Positions 24,359 through 36,800 of a stretch of DNA of 64,000 nt are shown here, in pieces; positions within the stretch are counted from its first letter, which is position 1, and every line of letters starts with the position of its first letter. The notes below the pieces were generated by a model. The model had not been told where the DNA came from and did no database searches. It saw only the letters and a list, made by a program, of their open reading frames with translations. Made by a program: the position numbers and the translations under genes. Origin of the DNA: Macrostomum lignano (taxonomy: Eukaryota); assembly GCA_002269645.1 (NCBI GenBank), contig NIVC01003365.1, positions 1 to 64,000 of the forward strand, read 5' to 3'.

Positions 24359-25294
24359 TTACAGGGACCACTAGAATTTTTTAAGTGAGCAGCCAACTTT
24401 TCTCAGATTTTCAATGAGAGTTACGGAACTGAAAACACACACAACGGGCTCTGGGGGTGGCCATTTTTGCTTAAAAAATCAAAATCATAATCAAAGTGAG
24501 ACACCAACAGTGCTCCATCCATACCTCAGTTGAATCTTGAATCCGATGCTTATGGGCCACACAGTTAACCTTTTATCTTAAAGCTTTTCAGTTTTTCTCA
24601 GCCTGTTTTATACAAACTTGAATATTCATCTCGGCACTACGAGTAGAGCGCACTCAATTGGATCAAAGTACCATTTTTGCCTTTTTGCTGATATCCGCAG
24701 TGATTTAGCTATTGGTAAATCGAACTTTTAAACTTGAAAGTAATAGGATGATGCCGTCAGACGATGTCCCAATAGGTAGTTGCAAGCTAGAATGCGTCAT
24801 TTTGTTTCTGTATACGCAGTACAGTACAGTGCGTCCTTTTTATTATCTGTGCATGTCTATCTTTACCTTTAGTCTTAGCATCTCTATCTAATCGTTTAAA
24901 TAGTTTTTTTAACTGCCAACAGAGCCATCTGAGGATTTTATAGAAATCAGCTCCTAGATTACAGAAGGTCGCTAGCCCAGTGGGTCTTCAAAAGTTAAGC
25001 AGAGTTGGCCGCAGTTAGTATGCAAGTGAAAAGGCTGCTTTTTGTTTTGTTTGTTTGCTTTTGCTTTGCTTTGCAGCCTCTCAAAGCAGTCACCGACCGT
25101 GAGCATTTTAAAAGCTGTATACGGGTCGGGCGTAAATGTACTTTTAATTCATTTCGGATACAAGACAAATAAGAGCTTGTACTGTTGTGTGTCGCCTCCA
25201 ATCCAGACAACAGTTTTAAGGTATCCATGAATTCAGCTATATATATGGATTGCTTCAATGGGGATGCCAGCTTAAATGCCTGAAAGCTCGGCAC

Positions 25295-26229
25295 CGGACT
25301 GACTGCCATCCGTAACTTTCCGGACAGACTCAAAGCAATCGGTAACTTTCCGGACCAGACCGACTGCAATCGGTAACTTTCCGGACCAGACCGACTGCAA
25401 TCGGTAACTTTCCGGACCAGACTGACTGCAATCGGTAACTTTCCGGACCAGACTTAAAGCAATCGGTAACTTTCCGGACCAGACTGACTGCAATCGGTAA
25501 CTTTCCGGACCAGACCGACTGCAATCTGTAACTTTCCGGACCAGACTTAAAGCAATCGGTAACTTTCCGGACCAGACTCCGGTAACTTTCCGGACCAGAC
25601 TGAACTGCAATCAATCGGTAACTTTCCGGACCAGACTTACAGCAATCGGTAACTTTCCGGACCAGACTGACTGCAATCGGTAACTTTCCGGACCAGACTT
25701 AAAGCAATCGGTAACTTTCCGGACCAGACTTAAAGCAATCGGTAACTTTCCGGACCAGACTCAAAGCAATCGGTAACTTTCCGGACCAGACTCAAAGCAA
25801 TCGGTAACTTTCCGGACCAGACCGACTGCAATCGGTAACTTTCCGGACCAGACTGACTGCAATCGGTAACTTTCCGGACCAGACTTAAAGCAATCGGTAA
25901 CTTTCCGGACCAGACTTAAAGCAATCGGTAACTTTCCGGACCAGACTCAAAGCAATCGGTAACTTTCCGGACCAGACTTAAAGCAATCGGTAACTTTCCG
26001 GACCAGACTTAAAGCAATCGGTAACTTTCCGGAACAGACTGACTGCCATCCGTAACTTTCCGGACCAGACTGAATGCAATCGGTAACTTTCCGGACCAGA
26101 CCGACTGCAATCGGTAACTTTCCGGACCAGACTCAAAGCAATCGGTAACTTTCCGGACCAGACCGACTGCAATCGGTAACTTTCCGGACCAGACTCAAAG
26201 CAATCGGTAACTTTCCGGACCAGACTCAA
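25295..26229. repeat. 31-bp minisatellite (GCAATCGGTAACTTTCCGGACCAGACTCAAA)n, about 30 copies, intergenic
   Basis: Direct reading. The unit ends vary (TCAAA/TTAAA/TGACT/CGACT). Confidence 0.96.
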
Positions 26230-27841
26230 AGTGATCAGACGGTTAGACACGGGGAGGAATCCCATTATGTCCAGCTTGATTCAATTTATGGATCGCAGCT
26301 GTTTAGGCACGGAGCTGATCTTTTCGGGGGCTTCATTCCGGTGGAGCTGAAGCTGACAGCCGGAACGAGAATTCACAATTGCCAGCAGCACGATAAAGTG
26401 CGGCACAGACCGCACACTGAATTCTACATTCATTATAAAAGTCGCAGCAGGCATCATCCATAAAAGGCCATATTGCTGTATTAGAGCAGCTATCGCGGGT
26501 TTTCAGCACAGACTGAATGGAGCCAGTATAATTTAATTATAACCCTTTAGCCCCATTCATTGCATACATCATTTCTGAGCGGCAGTAAAACTGCGTGATA
26601 AAGTGCATGACAGTATGAGAAAGAGCATATGTGTATTGTCGCTTTATTCCCTATCGTTATCTTATACCGCTTAATAAAAAATGCCAATAATTGCAAACAC
26701 TTTAACTTAGCGGTCAGGTTATATAAATTAGCTAACTAATTATTGGTATCTTCTTACTGCAAATGGATTCAGAAGAGTAATAAAAAATGGATTATGCTGT
26801 TGTATATTTCAGCTAATAAATTTATATTTGGTTATGCAATTTAAAATTAATTTAAATTTCTTTTTCATGAATTCCAATTTTTAAAAAAAATATAACAAAG
26901 TACCTACGCTTAAAAAATTAAAATATTTATTATAGCAAAATGTTGAATAATAATGTAAGAAAATATGATCTATGATCTATAGGACCACAGGCAGGTGACG
27001 AAATCCTGAAAATTTATGGAATAATTATCGAGATAGGAATTTTTCTGATTACTTTAGCACTAAAATTCTCTTGCTAACTATTATTTGAAACCGTGAAAGC
27101 GTAAAGACTCAAAACTGGACCATATAAACTAGAATTGCGGGTGAAAATGCATTGCTGAGGATACCAGAGAATTCTGTTAAACCCTGCAGAACAACTCAGC
27201 CATTTTCCTCGGCTACCAAGACAAAAAACTTCCTATGGCTAAAAATAGAACGGGTTTGCTAAAAACGCAAGCAGTGCGGCTTGAAACGGCAGGGATCGGA
27301 GCGTGTTGTAGGCGGAAAATTCCAGTCGATTCGCTGCAGAACCAAAGTCCAGCGACACTTTTTGCAAGACGCGAAAACTGCTTCGCTCATCGATTTTCGC
27401 CTTTCTTGTTTGAGTCGTTTATTACAGGCTGATTTCAAGTTTTTTTACGGCAAGCGCAGCTGCTGCCAGGCGAAATTTTGCTAGCATTGAGGCGACGCGT
27501 TGTAAAAGTTTTCCTAAAAATCAGTCGCCAGCGTCGCACTAAGGTCCAGCTGCTGCGCTCAACTGCCGACAGTTTAAAGCGAACGGCAAACCTCATGACG
27601 TTCTTCGCTCTCCCTTGCTACTCGACTTGGAAAACAGCTCAACTGAAACCTTTCTGAACTAAGCTTTCCAAGCTACATCAAAGCTAACTTCTTTGCCCTG
27701 TGAAGCAGAACCACGATAAGACAGTGAATCTATCAGAGCGTCTAGGAAAATCTGTCTGATTCAAACAGTTTAAAGAGCAACAAATTAATTGGGAAGAAAA
27801 TCCCTAGACAAGTGGCACTTCCTGCGGCTAACTGCGGTCAG

Positions 27842-30800
27842 ATGAAGCTGCTGACTGCCGTAGTTGCTGCCCAGCTGCTGCTGGCCTGCCTCACCTGCGG
27901 GGCAGCCGGGGCGCCAGAGGACTCCGAGCCGCAGTGGCGCTACTGCCTGCAGACTGGGCTCGCCCACCTGCTGGACTTCCGGGGCCGATGGTCCAGCGAG
28001 TTCCGGCCTGGCGGTGAAGCCGCATTGGCCAGCTTCACCTCCGAGGTGCTCAACTGGCGAGTCGAAGTTGGCACCGTTGGCAGCGGAGACTGCGGCGAGG
28101 ACGGAGCAGCCGAGGACGCCTGTCGAAAGGTTTGAGGAGCTTTTGTTTGCTGATGGAAAATGGCAATACCTTTCCTTCTGAGGCCCAATAATGAGCAGTA
28201 CAATAAGTTATTCACGCCACAGGCTAACGTTGGAGAAACTTGGCCTTCGGGGAACAGCACAGCTAGTCTATAAGCAGAAATAATTCTGAAATATTAATTC
28301 TACATCAATCAGGCCTTGATAAAATAGCTCGTAGATTAGTCAGTAAAACCGACTCACTCTCGCTTTTTCCACTCTCAGCTCACCCTCGAATCCCCTTCCG
28401 TCTCTCTGTTTGGACCCCCACAAAACAATGCGAAAAATATGCGATTGTCGAACATCAATATGTTAAACTTCTCACGCAGGCCCTGGGATAAATTGGGATT
28501 TCTGGGATTTTATGATTCTGCACTCATTTCCGGTCCGATCACTGCGCACAGGAAATTGTCATCCACTTCCGAGGCGTCCCGCGCTGCCCAACGGACACTC
28601 GAGTGAGCATCCGCGGCCGCAGCGTCCGCGTAGTGCAGCTGGACACCGACGGCCGGAACAGCAGCCGGACGGTTGCCGAACTGCGCCTCGGCGGCGACTC
28701 GGAAGGCGACGATGACGACGACCGTCTACCGGCCTCGGTGCCGCTGCTGCTGCGGAGCTTCGACTCCGGCCGGCAGCACTCGCTGCACCTGTCCGGCACC
28801 GGGCTCCACCTGCGCTGGTCCGACGACGGCTTCCTCGCCCTGCTGCTCGAGTCGTCGTCGGCGGCAGCGGCGGCGTCTTCAACCGGCCGGACTGGCGGCT
28901 GGTGCGCCGGGGAACGCCCGCCGCCGGCACCGCGGGAGGGTCGGACAGATGCGAAGCGTCGTCGAGTTCGGCCAGCAAACCGCGGCCCCTGCGGCCGCCT
29001 GGACCGGCCGGATGGACGGCTGGCGCGCAGCTGCCTGCGCGATTCTTTCGTGGAGGTGGCCGGCTCCGCCGCCGCCTACGCAACAGCCAGGCGGTTCCTG
29101 CTGAGCAGCCGAGGCCGGGACTGCAATAGCGGCGACCGGAGCGGCGCCGCCTGCAGAGACGGTGCGTGTTGTTTCAAAGTGACGTGTGAATTTTAAGGCA
29201 CAGGGCCTGACTTACTTGACTTAAGTGACTTAGATCGAATGGCCGATTGCTCCACACCCAAGCCAGTAAAGCAAAATGAACTCCTTAGCCACCTAACAAC
29301 ACGGTAAGCACCTTAATGGTGAATGGTTAACCAGCGCCGAATTGTCCAGTCTGTCCAGCAGCCCTTGACACACTCGCGGGGATCCCATGGGTTGGCTTGC
29401 GATTCGGCAAGAAGCAGTCAAACAAATAGAGGGTCCGTTGCATTCGGGACTTAAGCCTGATCAGCATCACCAAAGCCTCCTCCCCCGACACCGCCACTGC
29501 TTGGGGTTTGCACAGGCAACTCAAGGAAAGGAACGCTGATGATCCCAGTGCACAAGTGACTACTGCGTGGAAAGTAAAAAAGTAAGCAAGTCCCACTAGA
29601 GCCATGGCTTTAGCCATATGGAATACTGCGAAGAAAACTTTTATGAACTATTTGGACCATAAAGAGAAGTGCAGAATATGGCGTCAATATAAGCAAAAAT
29701 AAACAGACACGGTAGGGAATGGAAGCTTCAGCTAGCGTTAAGCCCGCAGCACTCTCCAGTGATAAGAGGGAGACTGACGACTTTCCTTCTGCAAGAAACA
29801 GCTGCAGCTTGGGGCCTCGGCGAGAATGCGAGTTTTTCGCTCCGAGTTTGACATTTTCACAGGAAATGATAAGAGGCAAACGGGAAACAGAAAATGGGCT
29901 TTAAAAAGTTATTTAGCAAGACGTGGCTTCTGCTTTAAGTAGCAAATAGGGAAAAATACAAGTAAGTTCCTTGATAGCAAGTAGGTTCCTTTCCAGTGAG
30001 GTTTCTTTGCAGCAAGGAGATTTATATACAGCAAACAGGTAACTTTCTAACAAAGGGGTTGCTACCTAGCATTTAGAAGATTGAATTCCGGCAAGGGGGG
30101 TTGTTATTCTTGAAAATTTCTTCCCACCCTTGAAATCAGCATTCGCCCTCCCCTCTCCCGCACGCCAGGTCGTGCTGTCCTCAGCCTGTGCCACCGTCGG
30201 TGCCCCGACCGCTGCGCCGCCCTCCGTCGCCTGCCTCCGCTGATGTGCGCCCTGGCGCCGCTGTGCGCCTGCGCTCCGCCTCGCCTGCTGGACAGCCGCG
30301 GGCGTTGCGTTGAGGAGGCCGAGTGTCCTTGTCGTCATGGCAACCGGATCTACCACCGCGGCGAGCGCTTCACCAAGGACTGCCAGACCTGGTATGGAAG
30401 CCGCTTTCGAAACTGTAAAGCTGAAGCCCGCATATAAGAACCAGTTGCCTGGGTACTCATTAGGAATAGTAACAATTAGCATAATTTAATTGAGCTGTGG
30501 CAAATTCATTAACTCTGATCCTCCAGTAGCCAGTAGCCAGAACTGTGCACTGTTGCTGGATGCACCTGCAGTCGAATATAACACGCCTCTCTCATAACTG
30601 CTACTTCGCACAGTTCCTGCCTAGGCAACAACAACTGGCGCTGCGCCAGCTCCGACTGCGGCAGAGTGTGCCTGGCCACCCCCGGCCAAGTTGTCACCTT
30701 TGACGGACAGAAGATCAGCTTCGTTGACAACCGGAACGATTACTACCTGATCGAGGTAAAATCTGCTTGTAGCTTTTTTCAACTGTCAAGGGCCGTAGAC

Positions 30801-33800
30801 CCGTGGTCCAGCGTGGCGCTCTGATGTGGCAGCGGCCCAGGCTCGATTCCCAGTGCAGTCACATTAAGTTAGGGCTAAATTGGAATCTCGGCTTGGCTTT
30901 GCTCGTGCAATTAGCACCTTGAGGGCCAACCCCCAAGGCACAGTAAAGTGTACATGCCTAACGATAAATAAAGTTAGGGCCGCTGTACACTCCTGTGTGA
31001 GTGTGTGCCTGTGCATATGACTGCGTACGTATCCGCGCGCTTGTGTGCCTGCTCAGGGGAGTCGGCGGAATGGGCAGTAATGCCTCTCGCCGATTGTGCG
31101 ACAATGTCGCCTAAAGTGCGCCAGGGTGCACACAACCCCCTGCTTCTGAGAAAATTCTGAATTAAATTACAGTTAGTTCAGACCCATTTTAAATTGATTT
31201 GAGCAATCTGTGACCCAGCCTGCGGAGAATTGTCAGTAGGATCAGAATGTGCATTGAATAAAAATGCGTACGTTGGATTAAACCGTTGGCAAGGATGATT
31301 TAAGTAGACTTAATTACCTAAGTCGCCTCTGAAAGATAAGGGTTAAATTATGAAAATTGGAAAGCATTTTAAAATTAGCTGCAGCTACGCTTTCAATAAC
31401 GAGTATGTTTACATTTTACACCACAATCAGCCGGACGATTCGAAGATCCCCCTAGCGGTGAAGTTCAGTTGGAGCAGTCCAGCTCGCCTGGAGGTGTCCT
31501 GGCAGGGCCAGCAAGTCCTGGTGTACCATCGGCCTGCCACCGACAGCGAATCTGGCGACTTTTTCATCCAGCTGGGAGATCGCAGCCAGAAACTGTGAGT
31601 AGCATTGAGTACGAGACAACTCTCGCTTCATACTTCGTGGGTTCGATTCCTTTCTCGCTCACGCAGTCCGCTCATAATGCGTACATTCCCGATCATGAGA
31701 GAGCGAATGGAAACTTCACAAACTATCAATTTTATTTTGTAGAAACTGCTTGCTTGAGACACGTTTGGGGCTTTTGGTAGCCACGAGTATTTAATCCACT
31801 CCGAGAAATTCAAGGTTGCTGTGAACTGTATGAGAGCTCCCGTCGTGACAGATAAAATTGGAAAGAAGTGACTCCAGCCGACTCTAAAGCGACCAGATGT
31901 CACGCTACATGTTGCCAAAAAGTCGTCAAAAAGTCACCCAAGAATCACTTTGAAGCATTGTAATGTATGCGACTATAAAAAACGAATATGGGGCGACTCT
32001 AGTGATTCTGGGAGCCGTAGAGTCGTATTTGAGGCGTGCTAGAGTCCCTGCAGTCACTGGGTTGTGTTTGAAGCACTAACTAGCCTACTGAGTTAGTAGA
32101 AAGTTCAGCGCCAGCTTAACGATTCTTGGACGACTCTTTCGCGACTCTTTACGATTCTGCAACTGACGTGATACGTTTGTGTCGCTAAAGTCGCCTCTTC
32201 ATCGCATTAGACGCGTTTGAGTCGTTCAAAAGTCACAAGAATCGCCACAGAGTCACTGAAGAGTAGTTTGCAACGAATTTTTTCATGATTCTTGTTATCA
32301 ACATCGTTTTCAACGGGATTGTAAATTTACGACAATATCGTCAATAAGCTCTTGCTGGTTCTAGTTTAGTAGCAACCTATTTACTTGGACTTATTTTCAG
32401 AGCCATCGGAGAGCACCTTCGTGTCGGCCTCGGCTTCTTTCTGCATCGCGTCACCAGCCACTATATCCGGCTGCGCGTTGCCGATCTGCTGCGCGTTGAC
32501 TTCAACGGTGGTACAGTCGAGCTGGCGGCCAGCAGGCGCCTCCGCGGAGCCCGTCGCCTGCGCGGCCTCTGCGGTCGCTACGACGGCTCGAGCGAGAACG
32601 ATTTGTGGCCGAGGCGGGGCCGCGCTGCTGCCGATTCCCTGTCCGTTGCTCGCTCCTATCTGGTGAAGGCCATCTCGCCGGCTGGTGGACCCAAACGGAC
32701 GACCATCTCGCGGGAGGCTGTGCGCACATGCTACGACCTGTTCCAGCACAGCGGCCAGTTTCAACGATGCGCCAGGACTGAGAATCTGCAGCCGTTCCTG
32801 CGCAACTGCGAGGCGGCTGGAGACCGAGACAGCGTCTGCTACATCGCATTCAATGCCATGCGACTGTGCGCCAGGTCCGGCTACAAGATCCACTGGCGAC
32901 TGCTGCCGCAGCTCAGGAACTGCGGTGAGAGCCTTCAGCGATGCAAAAACTAAACTTGAACAGTAGAGTGCCTTCTGTAGTGACTAATCCCAGTTGTACA
33001 GTAGAGAGCCCCAATCGCTGCATATACTCCCAGTTGTACAGTAGAGAGCCTCAGTCGCTGCATACTCCCAGTTGTACAGTAGAGAGCCTCAGTCGCTGCA
33101 TACTCCCAGTTGTACAGTAGAGAGCCTCAGTCACTGCATGCTCCCAGTTGTACGAGCTACAGTAGAGAGCCTCAATCGCTGCATACTCCCAGTTGTACAG
33201 TAGAGAGCCTCAACCGCTGCATACTCCCAGTTATACAAGTAGAGAGCCCCAATCGCTGCATACTCCCAGTCGCTCACCAATCCTTGACTTCCGCTTGCAG
33301 CCCTGCTCGCCTGCCCCAGAGGCGGCTCCAGTTTTCGACTGTGCGCCAACACCTGCCAAGCGACCTGCGCTAGCTTAGCCCGGCCTGACCACTGTCCCAG
33401 CGGCTGCTACTTCGGCTGCCAGTGTCCGCGCGGCCGCTACCTGATGGCTGACGGCCGGTGCATCACCAAGTCCCAATGCACCTGCTTTGACTCGGCGACT
33501 GGAAGGCAGCGCCAGCCTGGAGAGAAATTTTCCAGGAGAAACGAGAACTGGTGGGTGATATGTTTTTTTTTAAATGCTGGATTGCATGACTGAATTGATG
33601 ATTTTTCGTAAAATCCAGAGGGAGGAAATCCCAGATAGAAATCTGATATTTCCAGATTTGGAAGGAAATTTACTTAGAAAATTCTAGAAGAAAAATTCCA
33701 CAGTGGATATCAGATTTTGGAGGGAAAATCTTGAATGGAAAATTCAGAACGGGAAAACCCAAAAAAGTAAATCCCAGAAGGAAAACCTAAAAAAGTAAAT

Positions 33801-36800
33801 CCCAGAAGGAAAATCCAGAAAGGGAAATTCCAGAAGAAAAATCCAGAGAGGGAAATCCCAGAAAGGGAAGTCCAAAAAGAAAAGTTCCAGAAATGGGAAA
33901 TCCCAGAGCAAAGACTAGCAATATTAAGCCAACCCTACTTCCAGCAAATGCCAAGACGGTCGCGCCGTCTGTCAAGCTGCACAGTCAGCCTCGGCAGATG
34001 GCAGAGTCGCCTGCCCGAAGAATCAGGTCTGGCGACGCGCCCAGCCCGGCGAGTGCTGGCCGCGCCGCTGCGAGGATCCAGTCAAAGATGGCAGCCGGTG
34101 CCAATCGCCAGATAGCGCAGCAGAGGAGCGGTGCCGCTGCCCCGCCGGTCTGTTCGCCACCGATTCGGTGAGTCAGGGATGGACTTTTTAATTATCAAGC
34201 CAAAGAGTGAAGGGTAGAAGGACTAGGAGGGGTAGAAGGACTAGGAGGGGTAGAAGGACTAGGAGGGGTAGAAGGACTAGGAGGGGTAGAAGGACTAGGA
34301 GGGGTAGAAGGACTAGGAGGGGTAGAAGGACTAGGAGGGGTAGAAGGACTAGGAGGGGTAGAAGGACTAGGAGGGGTAGAAGGACTAGGAGGGGTAGAAG
34401 GACTAGGAGGGGTAGAAGGACTAGGAGGGGTAGAAGGACTTGGAGGGGTAGAAGGACTAGGAGGGGTAGAAGGACTAGGAGGGGTAGAAGGACTAGGAGG
34501 GGTAGAAGGACTAGGAGGGGTAGAAGGACTAGGAGGGGTAGAAGGACTAGGAGGGGTAGAAGGACTAGGAGGGGTAGAAGGACTAGGAGGGGTAGAAGGA
34601 CTAGGAGGGGTAGAAGGACTAGGAGGGGTAGAAGGACTAGGAGGGGTAAAAAGACTCTCAGTCCTCACGCTCGTAGAAAGCATTTTTAAGAGGGTTAGTA
34701 TCTCTTCCAAACTCTAGCGTTTATTTCGCGCAAACCCTGCCCCAAAACGTAGGAGCTTAGCTGAGAGAAGAGAGCGGGCAGAGAATTTTAAAATTTTCTA
34801 CCTCCTATGTACATTCAAACAGACGCTAGTCATCAACCCCTTCCCCTCCACATGAACTTAGGAAAAATCGATTTTTTTAAAAACCCCAACCACCTGCCTC
34901 CCGCCGCCAGGGCCTGTGCGTCAACCGGTCAGACTGCCCATGCCGCTACGGCGGCCGCGAGCTCCTGACCGGATCAGTGCTGACCGCCCAGTGTCCCGGC
35001 CGCGTCTGCTCCAGCGGGCGCTGGTTGAACCGCGCCGCCTCTGAGAGCTCCTCGGACTCCGGCTGCCGCGGCCGCTGTCGGGCATTCGGCGACGGCTACT
35101 ACGTCAGCTTCGACGGTCGGGCGTTTCGTTACTACGCCGGCTCTCTGGAGACGCTGCTGCTGCAGCTGCCGCAGCTTCGCGTGGCCACGCGCAGCGTCGC
35201 CTGCGGCAGCAGCCGGCCGTCCGTCTGCGCCCGCCTGGTGAAAATCCGGCTGGCTGGCGGCGACGAGATCCGCGTTCTGCAGGGCAGGATTATCGCCGGC
35301 CTGCGTCACGTCGACGGCGAGGCTGTCGTGCTGACGGCCACCGCGGCGCTCGGCGGTTTGCACTTTCTGCGACTCGGCGTGTCGATCGTGTGGGACAGAG
35401 GTGAAACCGTCTGCTGTCTTCGGATTCATTTTGGAGGGGGTCTTTTGCAGGGGTTCACTCCAAAACCATTTTTATTAGATGGGGGCTGTGTGCACCCTGG
35501 CGCACTTTAAGCGACATTGTCACACAATCGGCGAGAGGCATTGCTGCCCATTCTGCCCGACTCCCCTGAGCAGGCACACAAGCGCGCGGATACGTACGCA
35601 GTCATACGCACAGACACAGGCACAGGCACAGGCACAGGAGTGTACAGCGGCCCTAACTTTATTTATCGTTAGGCATGTACACTTCACTGTGCCTTGGGGG
35701 TTGGGCCTCAAGGCCGTTAATTGCACGAGCAGAGCCAAGCCAAGGCAGATCTGCCATTGTCCAACTTCAAAACCAGAGACACAATCTGCCATTGTCCAAC
35801 TCCAAAACCAGAGACACAATCTGCCATTGCCCAACTGCAAAACCAGAGACAATCTGCCATTAAGGCACTCTGAAAAGGCACACAGACACAATAGACATTG
35901 TCACTTACTTAGACAAATTCCCATTCGTTTTCAGGCACCCGACTGACAATCAACGCCGCCCGCCCCCGTAGCGGCCAGCCAATCGGCGGCCTCTGCGGCA
36001 GCTTCAACGGCGACGCCACTGACGATTATCGAACGCCTGGCGGCCTGCTGGCGCTTAGCCCGGACGAATTCGGACGCAGTTGGACGCTGGAGAGCGACTA
36101 CGCCCAGCCAATACCCGAGTCCGAGTACGACCAGGGCTGCCTAAAGGTTGGGAGCGATTTTGTTGTTCATTTCAGCCTGACGAATTTCTATTGGTATATT
36201 TATGGACACACTGTAGACACACTGTAGACACACTGTAGACACACTGTAGACACACTGTAGACACACTGTAGACACACTGTAGACACACTGTAGACACACT
36301 GTAGACACACTGTAGACACACTGTAGACACACTGTAGACCACTGGCTGTAAACACACTGTAGACCACTGGCTGTAGACACACTGTAGACACACTGTAGAC
36401 ACACTGTAGACACACTGTAGACACACTGTAGACACACTGTAGACACACTGTAGACACACTGTAGACACACTGTAGACACACTGTAGACCACTGGCTGTAA
36501 ACACACTGTAGACCACTGGCTGTAGACACACTGTAGACCGCTGGCTGTAGACACACTGTAGACCACTGGCTGTAAACACACTGTAGACCACTGGCTGTAG
36601 ACACACTGTAGACCACTGGCTGTAGACACACTGTAGACCACTGGCTGTAGACACACTGTAGAGCACTGGCTGTAAACACACTGTAGACCACCGGCTGTAG
36701 ACACACTGTAGACCACTGGCTGTAGACACACTGTAGACCACCGGCTGTAGACACACTGTAGACCACTGGCTGTAGACACACTGTAGACACACTGTAGACA

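Noticed and set aside
25295-26229. 31-bp array with a variable few-base segment as a CRISPR-like or information-storing array
   Set aside because: Variation is limited to 4-5 recurring end variants, which is ordinary minisatellite polymorphism.
28310-28485. hAT-like TIR pair CAGGCCTTG / CAGGCCCTG in ap2 intron 1
   Set aside because: Only about 7/10 match and no TSD.
30790-30860. Functional tRNA gene
   Set aside because: A/B boxes are present, but there is no complete cloverleaf or terminator. It continues into a repeated body, so it is a SINE head.
31840-32330. GTCG/CGAC-rich region as a DNA transposon
   Set aside because: Scattered short inverted words, but no defined TIR or TSD could be established by eye.
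34207-34710. Protamine-like (RRGRRT)n or extensin-like (PSTPPS)n ORFs
   Set aside because: An intronic 18-bp minisatellite in ap2 intron 8.
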